From contig CAVXLD010000012.1 of the NCBI GenBank assembly GCA_963762565.1, forward strand, positions 448,001-512,000: a DNA stretch of 64,000 bases. Reading direction: 5' to 3'. Position 1 is the first letter of the stretch; each line of letters opens with the position of its first letter. Below are positions 9,742 to 20,308 of the stretch, one piece after another. Source of the DNA: an uncultured Verrucomicrobiae bacterium. GTDB lineage: Bacteria; Verrucomicrobiota; Verrucomicrobiia; Chthoniobacterales; JAFAMB01. The position numbers and the translations under genes are program-made. The notes below the pieces were generated by a model that saw nothing but the letters and a program-made list of their open reading frames with translations, had not been told where the DNA came from and did not search any database.

Positions 9742-10833
9742 TCAGGCGACCTTGGCCAACCTGGTTTGACCGGCTAGCTCTTTCCTAACCAAAGGCGCCA
9801 CTTGCGTCCCCAGGAGCTCAATGGCCCGCATGGTTTTCCGATGCCCAATCATGCCGCCGTTCAACAAAATCGTCAATCGGCCGATCCCGCCTAACACGTT
9901 GTTCTCGTAGATGATTTTCTCCGCGATCGTCTCCGGATCACCAATCAGCAGGGCGCCGGTGGGTCCTCGGCTGGCGTCAAATTGAGCCCGGCTAATCGGA
10001 GGCCAACCGCGTTCTTTACCGATCCGGTTAAACAATTCCGAGTAAGACGGGTAAAAATCTTCTGCTGCTTGCTCGGTCGTATCGGCAATAAACCCGATTG
10101 AGTGAATGCTAACGTCTAGGTCCGCGGGGCGTGAGGACGTGGGACCGTCCCCTTCAGCCGTATGACCAGCTCGTTCACCGCTTTCGCGATAAAAGTCGAT
10201 TAAAGGACGGAACCGCCGTGGTTCACCACCAATAATCGCCACGGCTAGCGGTAACCCAAGTAAACCTGCCCGCGCAAAAGATTGAGGTGTACCACCCACA
10301 CCGACTCGGATCGGTAAAAGATTTTGTACGGGGCGCGGATAAACTCCTTGCCCGGTCAAGGCGGGGCGATGTTTCCCAGACCAATGGACCTGGGTGTTTT
10401 CTCGAATCTTAAGCAGAAGCGCTAACTTCTCCGTGAAAAGCGAGTCGTAATCGTCCAGATCAAATCCAAACAGCGGATACGATTCGATGAATGAGCCCCG
10501 ACCCACAATAATTTCGGCTCGCCCCTCCGAGATAAGATCGAGTGTGGCGAACTGTTGAAAGACCCGCACCGGATCTTCGGAACTCAGAACGGTGACGGCG
10601 CTGGTTAATCGGATCTGTTTTGTACGCGCGGCTGCCGCCGCCAAAATAACGGCCGGTGCCGAAGCTACAAACTCCGCCCGATGATGTTCGCCGATCCCAA
10701 ACACATCCAGACCGACCTGATCCGCGAGTTCGATCTCTTCGAGCAAATCCTTGACCCGCTGGACCTGGGTAGACGCAGCGCCATTCCCTGTCTTCAGGCT
10801 AGTCTCAACAAAGCTATCAATACCAATCTGCAT
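9742..10833 (-). CDS. LLM-class flavin-dependent oxidoreductase (luciferase-like)
   Basis: GLDVFGIGEHH; LTSAVTVLSSEDPVRVFQQFATLD; GRGSFIESYPLFG. Confidence 0.92.
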   Translation of the reverse strand: MQIGIDSFVETSLKTGNGAASTQVQRVKDLLEEIELADQVGLDVFGIGEHHRAEFVASAPAVILAAAAARTKQIRLTSAVTVLSSEDPVRVFQQFATLDLISEGRAEIIVGRGSFIESYPLFGFDLDDYDSLFTEKLALLLKIRENTQVHWSGKHRPALTGQGVYPRPVQNLLPIRVGVGGTPQSFARAGLLGLPLAVAIIGGEPRRFRPLIDFYRESGERAGHTAEGDGPTSSRPADLDVSIHSIGFIADTTEQAAEDFYPSYSELFNRIGKERGWPPISRAQFDASRGPTGALLIGDPETIAEKIIYENNVLGGIGRLTILLNGGMIGHRKTMRAIELLGTQVAPLVRKELAGQTRLAKVA

Positions 10834-10854
10834 TGTATCAAAGTTACAGGATTA

Positions 10855-10896
10855 ATATTGATGCATATTATATCGATGTCAATATATGTGCGTCAA
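10855..10896 (-). promoter_or_regulatory. Sigma70 promoter with overlapping AT-rich palindromes
   Basis: TTGACG (10896-10891), N18, TATAAT (10872-10867); imperfect palindrome ATATCGATGTCAATAT. Confidence 0.7.
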
Positions 10897-10942
10897 GTCT
10901 CACCCAGCGCTTCGTTCTCGGATGGAAATTTAGGCCGACGGC

Positions 10943-11053
10943 CCGGGAGGGATCGCGTCCCCGCGATCCGTTGGTATCGAAGTTGGGCATGTGTTGTAGT
11001 CGCGGACGAAAATACACCATTGGCTTGTGGCACGTCCTCGCGGCGCGCGGGGA
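10943..11053. mobile_element. MITE/REPIN-like family B copy (others at 12466-12607, 18418-18600, 27074-27236)
   Basis: GGAGGG..GCG.TCCCCGCG terminal hairpins with a homologous internal segment shared among four loci. Confidence 0.65.
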
Positions 11054-11220
11054 CTACGAATCCGAGAATTGCTGCTCAAGAGGTAAAGGGTGAATTGCAC
11101 GTGAAGTTAGGGTGAAGTACGCGACCGCTGGCAATGCCTTCGGCGTCTTTTAGCCTGTGCACAGTTGCAATTTGGACTAGGCAGTACTCCAAAACCCCAG
11201 TATCCCATCGCTCCGCTCGA

Positions 11221-11357
11221 CCGGATTCGAGGACAGCCTGTCCGACGAACCCCAAGCTCTATATTGCCGACCGCTCAAGTCGGCCTCGCAAGCGAGGCAC
11301 GCTCCACAGGCCGGACGCTGGCGAAGTCGGAAGGACGAGGAGGAGAACGAGAACGAA
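11221..11357. repeat. Composite repeat family C containing the 26-bp core (others at 27670-27795, 60215-60346, partial 40068-40126)
   Basis: Shared CGAGGACAGCCTGTCCG...CTCTAT..TGCC.ACCGCTC.AGTCGGCCTCGCAAGCGAGGC..GCTCCACA...GGAAGGACGA. Confidence 0.75.
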
Positions 11358-11454
11358 GGCGCCGGGCCGCAATACGCTCCTCCTAGCTCCTAGATTCTAG
11401 CTCCTAGCTCCTTCCTTTTGTCACCTTTGTGATCTTGCTGTACGAGTATCTTGT

Positions 11455-12423
11455 ATGAACTACCGGACGCTGGGCAGGACAGGATTGCAGTTCTCGGAAA
11501 TCGGATTCGGCGCGTGGGGGATCGGAAAGGGGGCATGGATCGGCGCCGAGGACGATGAATCGAGCAAGGCCTTGAATAAGGCGATCGATCTCGGCCTTAA
11601 CTTCATCGATACGGCTCTGGTGTACGGAGATGGTCACAGTGAAAGCCTGGTGGGGAAGGTCGTGAAAGGGCGTTCTGAGACCATCTACGTTGCCAGCAAA
11701 ATCCCTCCCAAGAATTTTCAGTGGCCAGCTCAACGCGGTGTCTCCGTCAAAGAAGCGTTCCCGGCTGATCACGTTATCGCGTCAACGGAAGAGAGCTTAA
11801 AAAATCTTGGGTTAGACACCATCGACGTACAACAATTCCATGTCTGGTCGGATGAATGGGCGGATAAGGGTGATTGGCTCGATGCGATTCAGAAGCTCAA
11901 AAAAGATGGGAAGATTCGATTTTTCGGGGTCTCCATTAACGATAACCAGCCGGAGAACGCGATCCGCCTCATTGAAACCGGAGCGGTCGATACCGTTCAG
12001 GTCATCCACAATATTTTCGAGCAAGCCCCGGAAGACCACCTCTATCCAGCTTGTGAGAAGCATCAGGTCGGCGTCATTGTCCGGGTACCGTTTGACGAAG
12101 GAAGCCTGACCGGCAAAATCACGCCCGATACTAAATTTGATTCGGCCGATTTCCGGAGCCGGTATTTTCGTGGGGAACGAAAAAAAGAAGTGTACGATCG
12201 AGTACAAAAGATCGTTTCCGATCTCGGGATCACGTTGGATCAAATGCCAGAAATCGCACTACGCTATGTGTTGAGCCATCCTGCGGTCTCAACCGTAATC
12301 CCCGGAATGCGTTCGGTTCGAAACGTGGAACGAAATTGCGCGGTAGGCGACGGCAAAGGATTAACCCAAGACCAGGTTAACAAGCTCAAAGCTCACCGTT
12401 GGCCGCATACCTTTTACGGGTAG
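11455..12423 (+). CDS. Aldo/keto reductase
   Basis: [46 protein letters not shown]. Confidence 0.93.
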   Translation: MNYRTLGRTGLQFSEIGFGAWGIGKGAWIGAEDDESSKALNKAIDLGLNFIDTALVYGDGHSESLVGKVVKGRSETIYVASKIPPKNFQWPAQRGVSVKEAFPADHVIASTEESLKNLGLDTIDVQQFHVWSDEWADKGDWLDAIQKLKKDGKIRFFGVSINDNQPENAIRLIETGAVDTVQVIHNIFEQAPEDHLYPACEKHQVGVIVRVPFDEGSLTGKITPDTKFDSADFRSRYFRGERKKEVYDRVQKIVSDLGITLDQMPEIALRYVLSHPAVSTVIPGMRSVRNVERNCAVGDGKGLTQDQVNKLKAHRWPHTFYG

Positions 12424-12694
12424 AAGAAGATGCCGGTGATCTTGCCACGAAGTGGCAGCAGAATGGGGAGGGCGCGCTGCCTGTCCGCCATAGCTTTAGC
12501 GACGGAGGATCCCCGCGCGCCGCGAGGACGTGCCAACAACCTAAAGGTGTATTTTTGTCCGCGATTACCGCACGTACCAGGCTTCGGTAACAAAGGATCG
12601 CGGGGATCCGACGTCGCCAACGATTGCAAGAAAGACCTGGAGAGAGAAGGCTATGTCGGACAGGCAGCGATCCCTCCCGGGCCATCGGCCTGCA

Positions 12695-14125
12695 TCAATC
12701 CGGCGCCGCGCGCAAAGTGAGCAACGCCTCGGCCCCCTGGTGATCTCTGCGGTTACGGACCACTACCGTCCCGTGATGCAATTGAGCGACCTCCCGAGCG
12801 AAACAAAGCCCGAGTCCCGAGCTTCTCTTGCCAGTCGACGGCCTGGCTAACGAGTAGAAACGATCAAAAATTTTAGATAGAGCGTAGTCCGGTATCCCTG
12901 GTCCTTCGTCTAAAATTCGGACCAGAACCATTTTGCTTTCTCGCTCCACTGACACCATAACCGTCCCGGCTGAGGGCGAAAATTCGTTTGCGTTCTGAAG
13001 CAAGTTAGTAACCGCGTTTTCTATCAGAAACTCGTCGCCGATCACCATCGCTTGCCGGTTCGGAGTAAAGTCAATTGTCACCGCAGTCGCGCGTTCCCGG
13101 ATCCGACGAACGACGCGTTCGACGATCCCGGATAAGTCGGCCCGCTGCGGTGCATCCAGTTTTTTGCGGTTTTCGATCACGGAAAGAGCCACCAACTCAT
13201 CGATCAACCGTTGGAGCCGGGTGGATTCCGATAAAATATTCGTCAAGAAGCGGGTTTGCTGTTCTGGAGCCATCTCTTCTTGGAGTAATTCCGAAGCACC
13301 ACTGATCGCTGCTACCGGCGCTTTCATCTCATGGCTTAAGGCTTGGACATAAGATTGGACATACTTTCGTCCTTCCAACGCGTCTCGCATCTGCTCCAGC
13401 GACTCTCCCAAAACCCGCAGATGCTGTCCGGGAAGCCGCAACGGGGCCGGCCGTTCACCTTTGGAGATAGCGATGGCATGCCGGGTGAGTTGCGCCAGCG
13501 GTGCCGTAACCCATCGGGACAAGGCGGCGCCTATCCCGGTGCATACCACCACGACACTCAATCCGACCAGCGTCAAGGTACGCTCGGTGTCCGCCAGAAA
13601 TTCTTGCACGTCGCGCTGCGGTTTGTAGACCGAGACCACCCCCCATAAATGTCCGTCGACCATGATCGGAGCTGCTACGTACAAAATCGCCCCTTTAGGA
13701 TTGGACTCCTGCACTGTCGTCCGCGCTCCATAAAGTCCTTGCAAGGTCATGGCCACATCGTGAAACGCCTTAAAATCGTGTCCCACATTTTCTGGATGCC
13801 CGGAATCGAATTGCACAATTCCATTGGCATCGGTGACGTACAGATCCATTGAGATCCGAGTCTTAAGTCGGCTATAAATTTGTGCCTGTAAATGTCTTTG
13901 GTTGGCGGCGTGGAACCCGCGTTCCCAGGCGTTGCTAAAGCTCCCGGTCGACTTAACCTCGTCAGCAATCACGCCGGCGATCACTTCGGCCGTATCAACC
14001 ATCGGTTCTTCCACCGCCTCGCGATAAGCTTGTCCGACTCGCTTGGAAACGAGACTGAGAAATAAAAGTACTCCGGCAATCGATAGGATCAGAGATCCGA
14101 GAAGGATTCGCGCGCTGATGCTCAC
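12695..14125 (-). CDS. creC: Two-component sensor histidine kinase CreC
   Basis: EEPMVDTA; LEGRKYVQSYVQALSHEMKAP (H box); FDRFYSLARP; SSGLGL. Confidence 0.88.
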   Translation of the reverse strand: MSISARILLGSLILSIAGVLLFLSLVSKRVGQAYREAVEEPMVDTAEVIAGVIADEVKSTGSFSNAWERGFHAANQRHLQAQIYSRLKTRISMDLYVTDANGIVQFDSGHPENVGHDFKAFHDVAMTLQGLYGARTTVQESNPKGAILYVAAPIMVDGHLWGVVSVYKPQRDVQEFLADTERTLTLVGLSVVVVCTGIGAALSRWVTAPLAQLTRHAIAISKGERPAPLRLPGQHLRVLGESLEQMRDALEGRKYVQSYVQALSHEMKAPVAAISGASELLQEEMAPEQQTRFLTNILSESTRLQRLIDELVALSVIENRKKLDAPQRADLSGIVERVVRRIRERATAVTIDFTPNRQAMVIGDEFLIENAVTNLLQNANEFSPSAGTVMVSVERESKMVLVRILDEGPGIPDYALSKIFDRFYSLARPSTGKRSSGLGLCFAREVAQLHHGTVVVRNRRDHQGAEALLTLRAAPD

Positions 14126-14895
14126 AATTCTTCCAGCAGCGAATAACCGAAGCCGCGCCGGGTCTGGATCGCGTCGATCTCAGGGCGAACCTGACGCATT
14201 TTCGATCTTAGGCTTTTGATGTGCGCGTCTACCGTGCGCTCCATCGAAGCCTCTGGTTCTTCCCAGGCTGCTTCCATTAGCTGAGCACGCGAATACACTC
14301 GCCCGGGTGCACTGGCTAGAATCTCGAGCAGCCGAAATTCATATCGGGATAAGATTAACGGTTCGCCAAAATAACGTACTACCTTGCGTTGCTGATCAAT
14401 CGACAGGGCCGTGGAACGCTGCCTCGCTTCCGCCGCCGCTTCGCTATGGCGCGACGAGTCCGAGGCCGACTCGGTCGGAACTGCAGGCTCCTTCCGTTCG
14501 TTGACGGCGCTGCCGGCGTTCACAACCCGCCGCAAGATGGCCCGGATCCGGGCGCTTAGTTCCCGCGGCCGGAAGGGCTTGGACACATAATCATCGCCTC
14601 CGATCTCAAGCCCTACCACCCGGTCAACCTCTTCGGATCGCGCCGTGAGAAAAAGAATGGGGACGCTCGAAGTCATCCGTATCCGCCGGCAGACCTCGAA
14701 CCCGTTCATGTCCGGCAGCCCAATGTCCAATACAACGAGATCGAACGCTTCTCTGGCTAGCAGGTTCAGAGCTTCACCGCCGGTCCCGCAGCGCTCGGTG
14801 ATGCAACCGTCGGTCTCCAACGGAAACTGAATGGTATCCGCAATCGAAGCTTCATCTTCGACGATCAAAATGCGGGGTCCGCCTGGTGCCTTCAT
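14122..14895 (-). CDS. creB: Two-component response regulator CreB (OmpR family)
   Basis: REC domain plus winged helix; RTVDAHIKSLR; ATGA overlap with the creD stop. Confidence 0.85.
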   Translation of the reverse strand: MKAPGGPRILIVEDEASIADTIQFPLETDGCITERCGTGGEALNLLAREAFDLVVLDIGLPDMNGFEVCRRIRMTSSVPILFLTARSEEVDRVVGLEIGGDDYVSKPFRPRELSARIRAILRRVVNAGSAVNERKEPAVPTESASDSSRHSEAAAEARQRSTALSIDQQRKVVRYFGEPLILSRYEFRLLEILASAPGRVYSRAQLMEAAWEEPEASMERTVDAHIKSLRSKMRQVRPEIDAIQTRRGFGYSLLEEL

Positions 14896-16109
14896 TGTGC
14901 GGAGACTGGCGGCGGCGTCACTGGTCGGCGCACGAACTTCTGCGACCAATCGACTTTTGCCGTTGTTACCATCAAGAACGCCAAAGTTAATACGGAACCG
15001 ATTGCGATGGTCAACCCGCTGTAACCGTCAATAAAAAAGCTGTAACTAAACAGCACCATATACGCAATTTGCCCGCCAACCGCCCACAATGACAGCGTCC
15101 TCCCGGCGAACCCATAAATATAACCGCACACCAGTAACAAAGAAACCCCGGCCGCAATCAGGAAACTGGCATGTAGCGGTAGCACGTCCACTAGGTAAGC
15201 GAACAGTAGATGGAACGAAAAGAATCCGGCCGAGATGAAGAAAAAATTCATCGGATGAAGCGGCGCATTGCGCGTCATGGCCAAAACCAAAAAAACGGTG
15301 GCAAAGAAAAGCAGCGAAACCGGCGCATAAAAGCTGACTCGCTCGGCTACAGGTCCTGGGTTCAGTACATCCGGCATGCTCATCCCGATGGCTTGCGCAC
15401 CGATCACATCCGGATAGCTCCATTGCAGTTGCCAACCGGTTTCTGTTTGTGTTGCCTGAGTCGGAGAACCTGTCCCTTGCGGAAAGTTAATTTCTCGAAA
15501 ATCCGTGCGCATGGTCAGAACAAAATTATGGATCCGATTTCGGTTTTGGAAGTCATACGCCCACTGATCCAGGCCACGAGTTTTGAATGCGATCTTGAGG
15601 GTTCGCGATTTACCTGCAGGTACGATTATCCCGTCCGACAAGACGCCGCTTTCTGACGGGTTCACGAGCTCAGTGCGATCTCCAAGCACGAAGGACACAT
15701 CGTAACAGCCTCCGGCATTCTGCGGTAATCGAAATGCCACGTAGATCATTTGCTCAATCGGAGTCGGATTAGCAATTTCATAAACCCCGGCGAAATCGAC
15801 GGTATAAGTTCGAAACCAGAGCAGCCCTTTCTGCTTCGGCTCAGACATTAGATGAACGGTAACCTGTGAGTTGTCCGGACTGATCGCTTTCTTGCCGTCT
15901 TTACCGGTGGGGGACTCATACCATGCGTACGGATGCATCTGTTTAAGCGGCGCACCCCATCCGGCTTGAACCGCGTTGCTCAAAGTATCTGCAGCCTGAT
16001 TTGTGCGATAGACCAGCGCTGCGCCGAGCAATGCCCAGCCGATGCTAGTGCAAACAATGATAAAACCGATCGCTAACAGTTTAGGAAAAGAATAATTGGA
16101 GTTCTTCAT
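14892..16109 (-). CDS. creD: CreD-family inner membrane protein
   Basis: N-terminal TM, periplasmic domain and multi-TM C-terminus with LHPMNF; directly upstream of creBC. Confidence 0.7.
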   Translation of the reverse strand: MKNSNYSFPKLLAIGFIIVCTSIGWALLGAALVYRTNQAADTLSNAVQAGWGAPLKQMHPYAWYESPTGKDGKKAISPDNSQVTVHLMSEPKQKGLLWFRTYTVDFAGVYEIANPTPIEQMIYVAFRLPQNAGGCYDVSFVLGDRTELVNPSESGVLSDGIIVPAGKSRTLKIAFKTRGLDQWAYDFQNRNRIHNFVLTMRTDFREINFPQGTGSPTQATQTETGWQLQWSYPDVIGAQAIGMSMPDVLNPGPVAERVSFYAPVSLLFFATVFLVLAMTRNAPLHPMNFFFISAGFFSFHLLFAYLVDVLPLHASFLIAAGVSLLLVCGYIYGFAGRTLSLWAVGGQIAYMVLFSYSFFIDGYSGLTIAIGSVLTLAFLMVTTAKVDWSQKFVRRPVTPPPVSAQ

Positions 16110-16162
16110 GAGATTTTAGATTTGGGACAAGATTGTGGGCGAGGCCGACTCGGTCGCCACCC

Positions 16163-16404
16163 GTGGAGCGTTGCCTCGCTTGCGAGGCCGGAGGGGTCGC
16201 CACCCGTGGAGCGTTGCCTCGCTTGCGAGGCCGGAGGGGTCGCCACCCGTGGAGCGTTGCCTCGCTTGCGAGGCCGGAGGGGTCGCCACCCGTGGAGCGC
16301 TGCCTCGCTTGCGAGGCCGGAGGGGTCGCCACCCGTGGAGCGCTGCCTCGCTTGCGAGGCCGGAGGGGTCGCCACCCGTGGAGCGTTTCCTCGCTTGCGA
16401 GGCC
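16163..16404 (+). repeat. Tandem array of six 43-bp units (27-bp core GTGGAGCGYTGCCTCGCTTGCGAGGCC plus a 16-bp linker)
   Basis: Units start at 16163, 16206, 16249, 16292, 16335 and 16378. Confidence 0.95.
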
Positions 16405-16656
16405 GTGGTAAACAAGGGGGCGTTGTTCTGTAAAACCCCTGCCCGTGCTGCGCTCTATCGTCTGCCGATCGCGGTTGAGACTGTCTACCTCGCAAAAATG
16501 GAACGCGACGCAGTTCCCCAATTAAGGCGATATAGAGTGTTGATAGCGTCAGGCAGTGATCAATGATGTCCCGCTGCGCGCCACGGCCTCGCAAGCGAGG
16601 CAGCGCTCCACAGTTCCGACCGATTTCGTTCCCGGCGATGACGACGATGACGACGT

Positions 16657-18363
16657 TCACGGCGTTGCCTGGGCTCCTTCCTTCCTCCGGTAGTAGACCT
16701 CAAGGTTAGGAGTTTCACCCCGCACCAGACGTTTCTTGAATACGATTGATGCCTTATCCCCTGAACTGGGCTCGACGTTTCCTTCAAATGCCGTCGCCTC
16801 GTAGGTATCAGGTAGAGAAAGGCGCCACTCCAGCTGTTCGATAAATAGCTGACTAGAAGGCAATGACAGTGCGAGTTTACCTTCCACCGGTTCGAACTTT
16901 GAACCACGCGCCGTGTAAGTAATCAGAATCTCAAGCGAGTTGGCTTTTCCCGAGTTAGCCGGAGGAGAGATAAACAGCTCCAGTTCGCCATCCGTTTTTA
17001 CGACTGGACTCGCCGGATTCGAGTTCACCTGACAATCCAGGAGAACACTTCCTGCCGGCAACCGGAAGCGCCAAGGGAACGCGCTCCGGTACTCGATCTT
17101 GAACCAGGCCTCACATTTCAACGAGCCGTCCAGAACGAGAGTAGTTTGATACCCGGCGGCTGAGATCCGGGCGTTGTCGGGTTTCAGCACGGGCAATAGC
17201 CGGGTCGACACCGCGATCGCGTTAGCGGAACGGATCGCGTAGAAATCTGGTGTTGCTAGCCTCGATTGAATCCAATACGGCAACTGCGCGACATCAGTGC
17301 CAGCTTGTCCGTTGTCGCTTTGCACGACGGTGCCGGGTAACGGCGCAATCACCGTCAGACTGGTTTGTGGATCGAGTTCTTGCCCGAAACGCGGATTCTC
17401 GATTTCCCAAGGCCGGCCGGGCTCAGGGTTGGGAAGCTCATAACGAACGCTGATGTTTCGATCGAGGACGCCGGCTGTTTCCCAGGTAAGAGCAATCTTT
17501 CTGCGACCTGATCCAGACATGCTGATCTGCGCGGGTTGAAGGTCAGGCCCTTCGATCTCCAGCTTTGAAGCGGTGACCGGTAATTCTGTCTCCGCGGCAA
17601 GACCGCTACCAGAGTGGCCGGACAGATGAATGTGACTTTCGACTTCAATAGTCTCGAAGGTCGGCTTGACGTAGGTTTGTGTAATCTGTGACCAGACGGT
17701 TGGGGACTCGGGATTCTCTGTGACGCAGACGATCTTGAGCTCGCTGCCGTTCGACGAAAGCGGCAAAAACCTGCTTGTATCGACCGGTTTGCCGTCAACC
17801 AGGATTCGTTTGCCGGGCGGTACGTTAGTAAACTCCAGTTGGCCGGAAGTAACGGGGAGCAGGCGAAGCGAGATTGGTTCTCCTTCGCAGAGTGCGCTTT
17901 GAATATCAAATTGGATCGTTACTTTGGTTAGTCCCGACCGGTTAGTTAAAAGACAAAGCTGTCCATCCCGGGGAAGTACGACCCCGTTTTCGCACGCCAC
18001 ATTTGTGATCGGCAAATCGAGACCAATGATCGGAACAAAGACCCACTTCGGCCCAAAGGTATTGATATCGAACACAGCTTCCCCGGATGGGTGTGCCGCA
18101 TCAAAAGACAATTTGATCTGAGCCCGGGTGACAGCGCCGGTGACATTCGGGGTATCCTCTTGCTTGGTAGCAGGTGTTGCCGCCTGTAGTAAGCGTTTGA
18201 ATTCCTGGTACGGAATCGTGACCTGTCCCGTGAGAATAGTACTAGAGTCGGAGCGAGGAGCTTCATCTCCAGAGGCTGACGCTACCGGAGTGAGCCAAAT
18301 AGCTGACACAAATAGAAGCAGACCCAATCGTGTGATCATCGATTCGGATTCTGAATCGTCCAT
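16657..18363 (-). CDS. Exported hypothetical protein (beta-rich), upstream of creD
   Basis: Long ORF with signal peptide MITRLGLLLFVSAIWLTPVASA; the upstream ORF extension is repeat-derived. Confidence 0.7.
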   Translation of the reverse strand: MDDSESESMITRLGLLLFVSAIWLTPVASASGDEAPRSDSSTILTGQVTIPYQEFKRLLQAATPATKQEDTPNVTGAVTRAQIKLSFDAAHPSGEAVFDINTFGPKWVFVPIIGLDLPITNVACENGVVLPRDGQLCLLTNRSGLTKVTIQFDIQSALCEGEPISLRLLPVTSGQLEFTNVPPGKRILVDGKPVDTSRFLPLSSNGSELKIVCVTENPESPTVWSQITQTYVKPTFETIEVESHIHLSGHSGSGLAAETELPVTASKLEIEGPDLQPAQISMSGSGRRKIALTWETAGVLDRNISVRYELPNPEPGRPWEIENPRFGQELDPQTSLTVIAPLPGTVVQSDNGQAGTDVAQLPYWIQSRLATPDFYAIRSANAIAVSTRLLPVLKPDNARISAAGYQTTLVLDGSLKCEAWFKIEYRSAFPWRFRLPAGSVLLDCQVNSNPASPVVKTDGELELFISPPANSGKANSLEILITYTARGSKFEPVEGKLALSLPSSQLFIEQLEWRLSLPDTYEATAFEGNVEPSSGDKASIVFKKRLVRGETPNLEVYYRRKEGAQATP

Positions 18364-18863
18364 GTGAAGCGGATGTGAACGAGGCGCGAAAAGAAGGTGA
18401 AAATTAGCGAACCGGTTCCGGGAGGGCGCGCAGCCTGTCCGCCATAGCCTGGCATCAATCACGGTTTTTGCGAACAAAACTGGCGACGGCGGATCCCCGC
18501 GCGCCGCGGAAGCGCCACAATCCAAAAGGCGCATTCCCTTCCACAACGGCCACCGTCGTCGGCTTCGGTAACAACGGCGCGCGGGACTCGCGCCCTCCCC
18601 TAACTGGCATCCGCGTAACAACCCCATAGTTCATCCGAACTACTAACAACGATTCTCTGGAGCCATCGACTGAGCGCGCGGGAGTGTTAGTCATTCTTCC
18701 TGCCAATACCACGCTTTCGACCGAGTTAGGCGATTTTGAAGGGAGGCTAAGCCACCGGCATGGATGCAACGCCATTATCGATCGAGAGCCAAAACCATAG
18801 CCACCAACAATGAGAATCAAGAGACTGTCCCTCCTTATTAGCGAGGTAGTTAGTAATACGCGC

Positions 18864-19967
18864 ATGCAGACCAAAACCTTTGGAAACTTTGCGCGCATCC
18901 TTGCCGTTGCCGCTGCTTTCACCATGCTACCGGCTCACCAAGTCCTGGCCTTTTCCGATAACCAGACCAGGGTTCTTCCGTTTCCTGCGCAAACGGTGTC
19001 AACCATTCCTTCGAATGGCGACGTCAATCCTTACGGCGTAGCCTTCGTTCCCAAAGGCTTTCCGACCGGAGGAACGTTGAATCCTGGCGATTTGCTAGTT
19101 TCGAACTTCAACGACTCCGCCAATATTCAAGGTACTGGAACCACAATCATCGACATTCCGTCCAGCGGGCAACCTTTTACATTTTTTCAAGGCGCCGCTC
19201 CTCTCGGTCTGAGTACGGGTTTGGCGGTTCTTAAGGCCGGATTTGTTTTAGTAGCGAACTGTCCTACCAATAATGCAGTGCCAGTGTCCGGCGCCCTGCC
19301 AGGTTCACTTCTGCTCCTCGACCGAAACGGAAACCTGCTGAATACCTACACCAGTAACGAGATCCAAGGTCCTTGGGACTTCTCGGTCTATGACCAAGGC
19401 GGCACCGTGTGGGTGTTTGTCTCTAATTCGATCAATGGGACGGTATCCCGTATCGAGCTAGTATTTGATGGTGGCAACTTTTCTATCAAAAGCACTGCCA
19501 CCATCGCATCCGGTTACACTCATCATGCCGATCCGGCGACATTTGAGGTTTCACCGACCGGATCTGCCTATGATCCCACGACCGGCATTCTCTATGTCGC
19601 TTCAACCGGTGATAACGCCGTTTACGCGATTGCCAACGCTCTCTTTGCTCGTGTTCCCCGGGGTATGGGCAAAGTTATCTATGCTGACCAGGTGCACCTG
19701 CATGGTGCCTTAGCCATGGTGTTCGGACCTAACGGCAATCTGCTCGTGAGTAACAGCGACGAGTTCAATGTGGATCCGAATCAGCCAAGTGAAATCGTAG
19801 AATTCACGGTGACCGGCCAATTCGTCGGCGAGATTTCTGTGGATCCGAATCTTGGCGGAGCATTCGGGCTAAAAGCGACAGGGGTGAACGATAATTCCTA
19901 CCGTTTTGCCGCTGTCGATGATAACGCGGTTAACGTAACTATCTGGACCCTGAACGCCGGCAACTAA
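18864..19967 (+). CDS. Secreted beta-propeller (NHL-like) protein
   Basis: Signal peptide; blade-like repeats NPYGVAF, GPWDFSV, SPTGSAYD, GNLLVSN. Confidence 0.75.
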   Translation: MQTKTFGNFARILAVAAAFTMLPAHQVLAFSDNQTRVLPFPAQTVSTIPSNGDVNPYGVAFVPKGFPTGGTLNPGDLLVSNFNDSANIQGTGTTIIDIPSSGQPFTFFQGAAPLGLSTGLAVLKAGFVLVANCPTNNAVPVSGALPGSLLLLDRNGNLLNTYTSNEIQGPWDFSVYDQGGTVWVFVSNSINGTVSRIELVFDGGNFSIKSTATIASGYTHHADPATFEVSPTGSAYDPTTGILYVASTGDNAVYAIANALFARVPRGMGKVIYADQVHLHGALAMVFGPNGNLLVSNSDEFNVDPNQPSEIVEFTVTGQFVGEISVDPNLGGAFGLKATGVNDNSYRFAAVDDNAVNVTIWTLNAGN

Positions 19968-20308
19968 GTTAGTCAGCCCAACTGTATTTAGACCACCGGA
20001 AGGCGTGTCCAAGAAGGAGTTCTTGGCACGCCTTTTGGCGTTCCGTATGCACCGGCCGACTCGCCCATTCGCCGTTTCGCCCATTCGCCCCTTTCGCCGA
20101 ACCGTGGAGCGCTGCCTCGCTTGCGAGGCCGTGGTAAGCAGCGGTGGTGACGTGGAAAACGCTTTGTCTGGCAACGCTCTTGTGCGGTGAGGGCGCAAAA
20201 ATCGCGACATAGAGCGCAACACAGGAAATAGCCGGACCTCGCGAGTTTCCCTTGCTACCCACGGCCTCGCAAGCGAGGCACGCTCCATCATTGGCTATCG
20301 GCTATCGG

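Noticed and set aside
16163..16404. Second CRISPR-like array and the overlapping repetitive ORFs in all frames
   Set aside because: It is a pure 43-bp tandem repeat, and the ORFs are translations of stop-free repeat DNA.
18364..18627. N-terminal extension of the 656-aa ORF (similar cases at 35350-35505, 36126-36245, 45918-46268 and 50661-50756)
   Set aside because: These extensions translate intergenic repeat modules; the signal peptides or domains start downstream.
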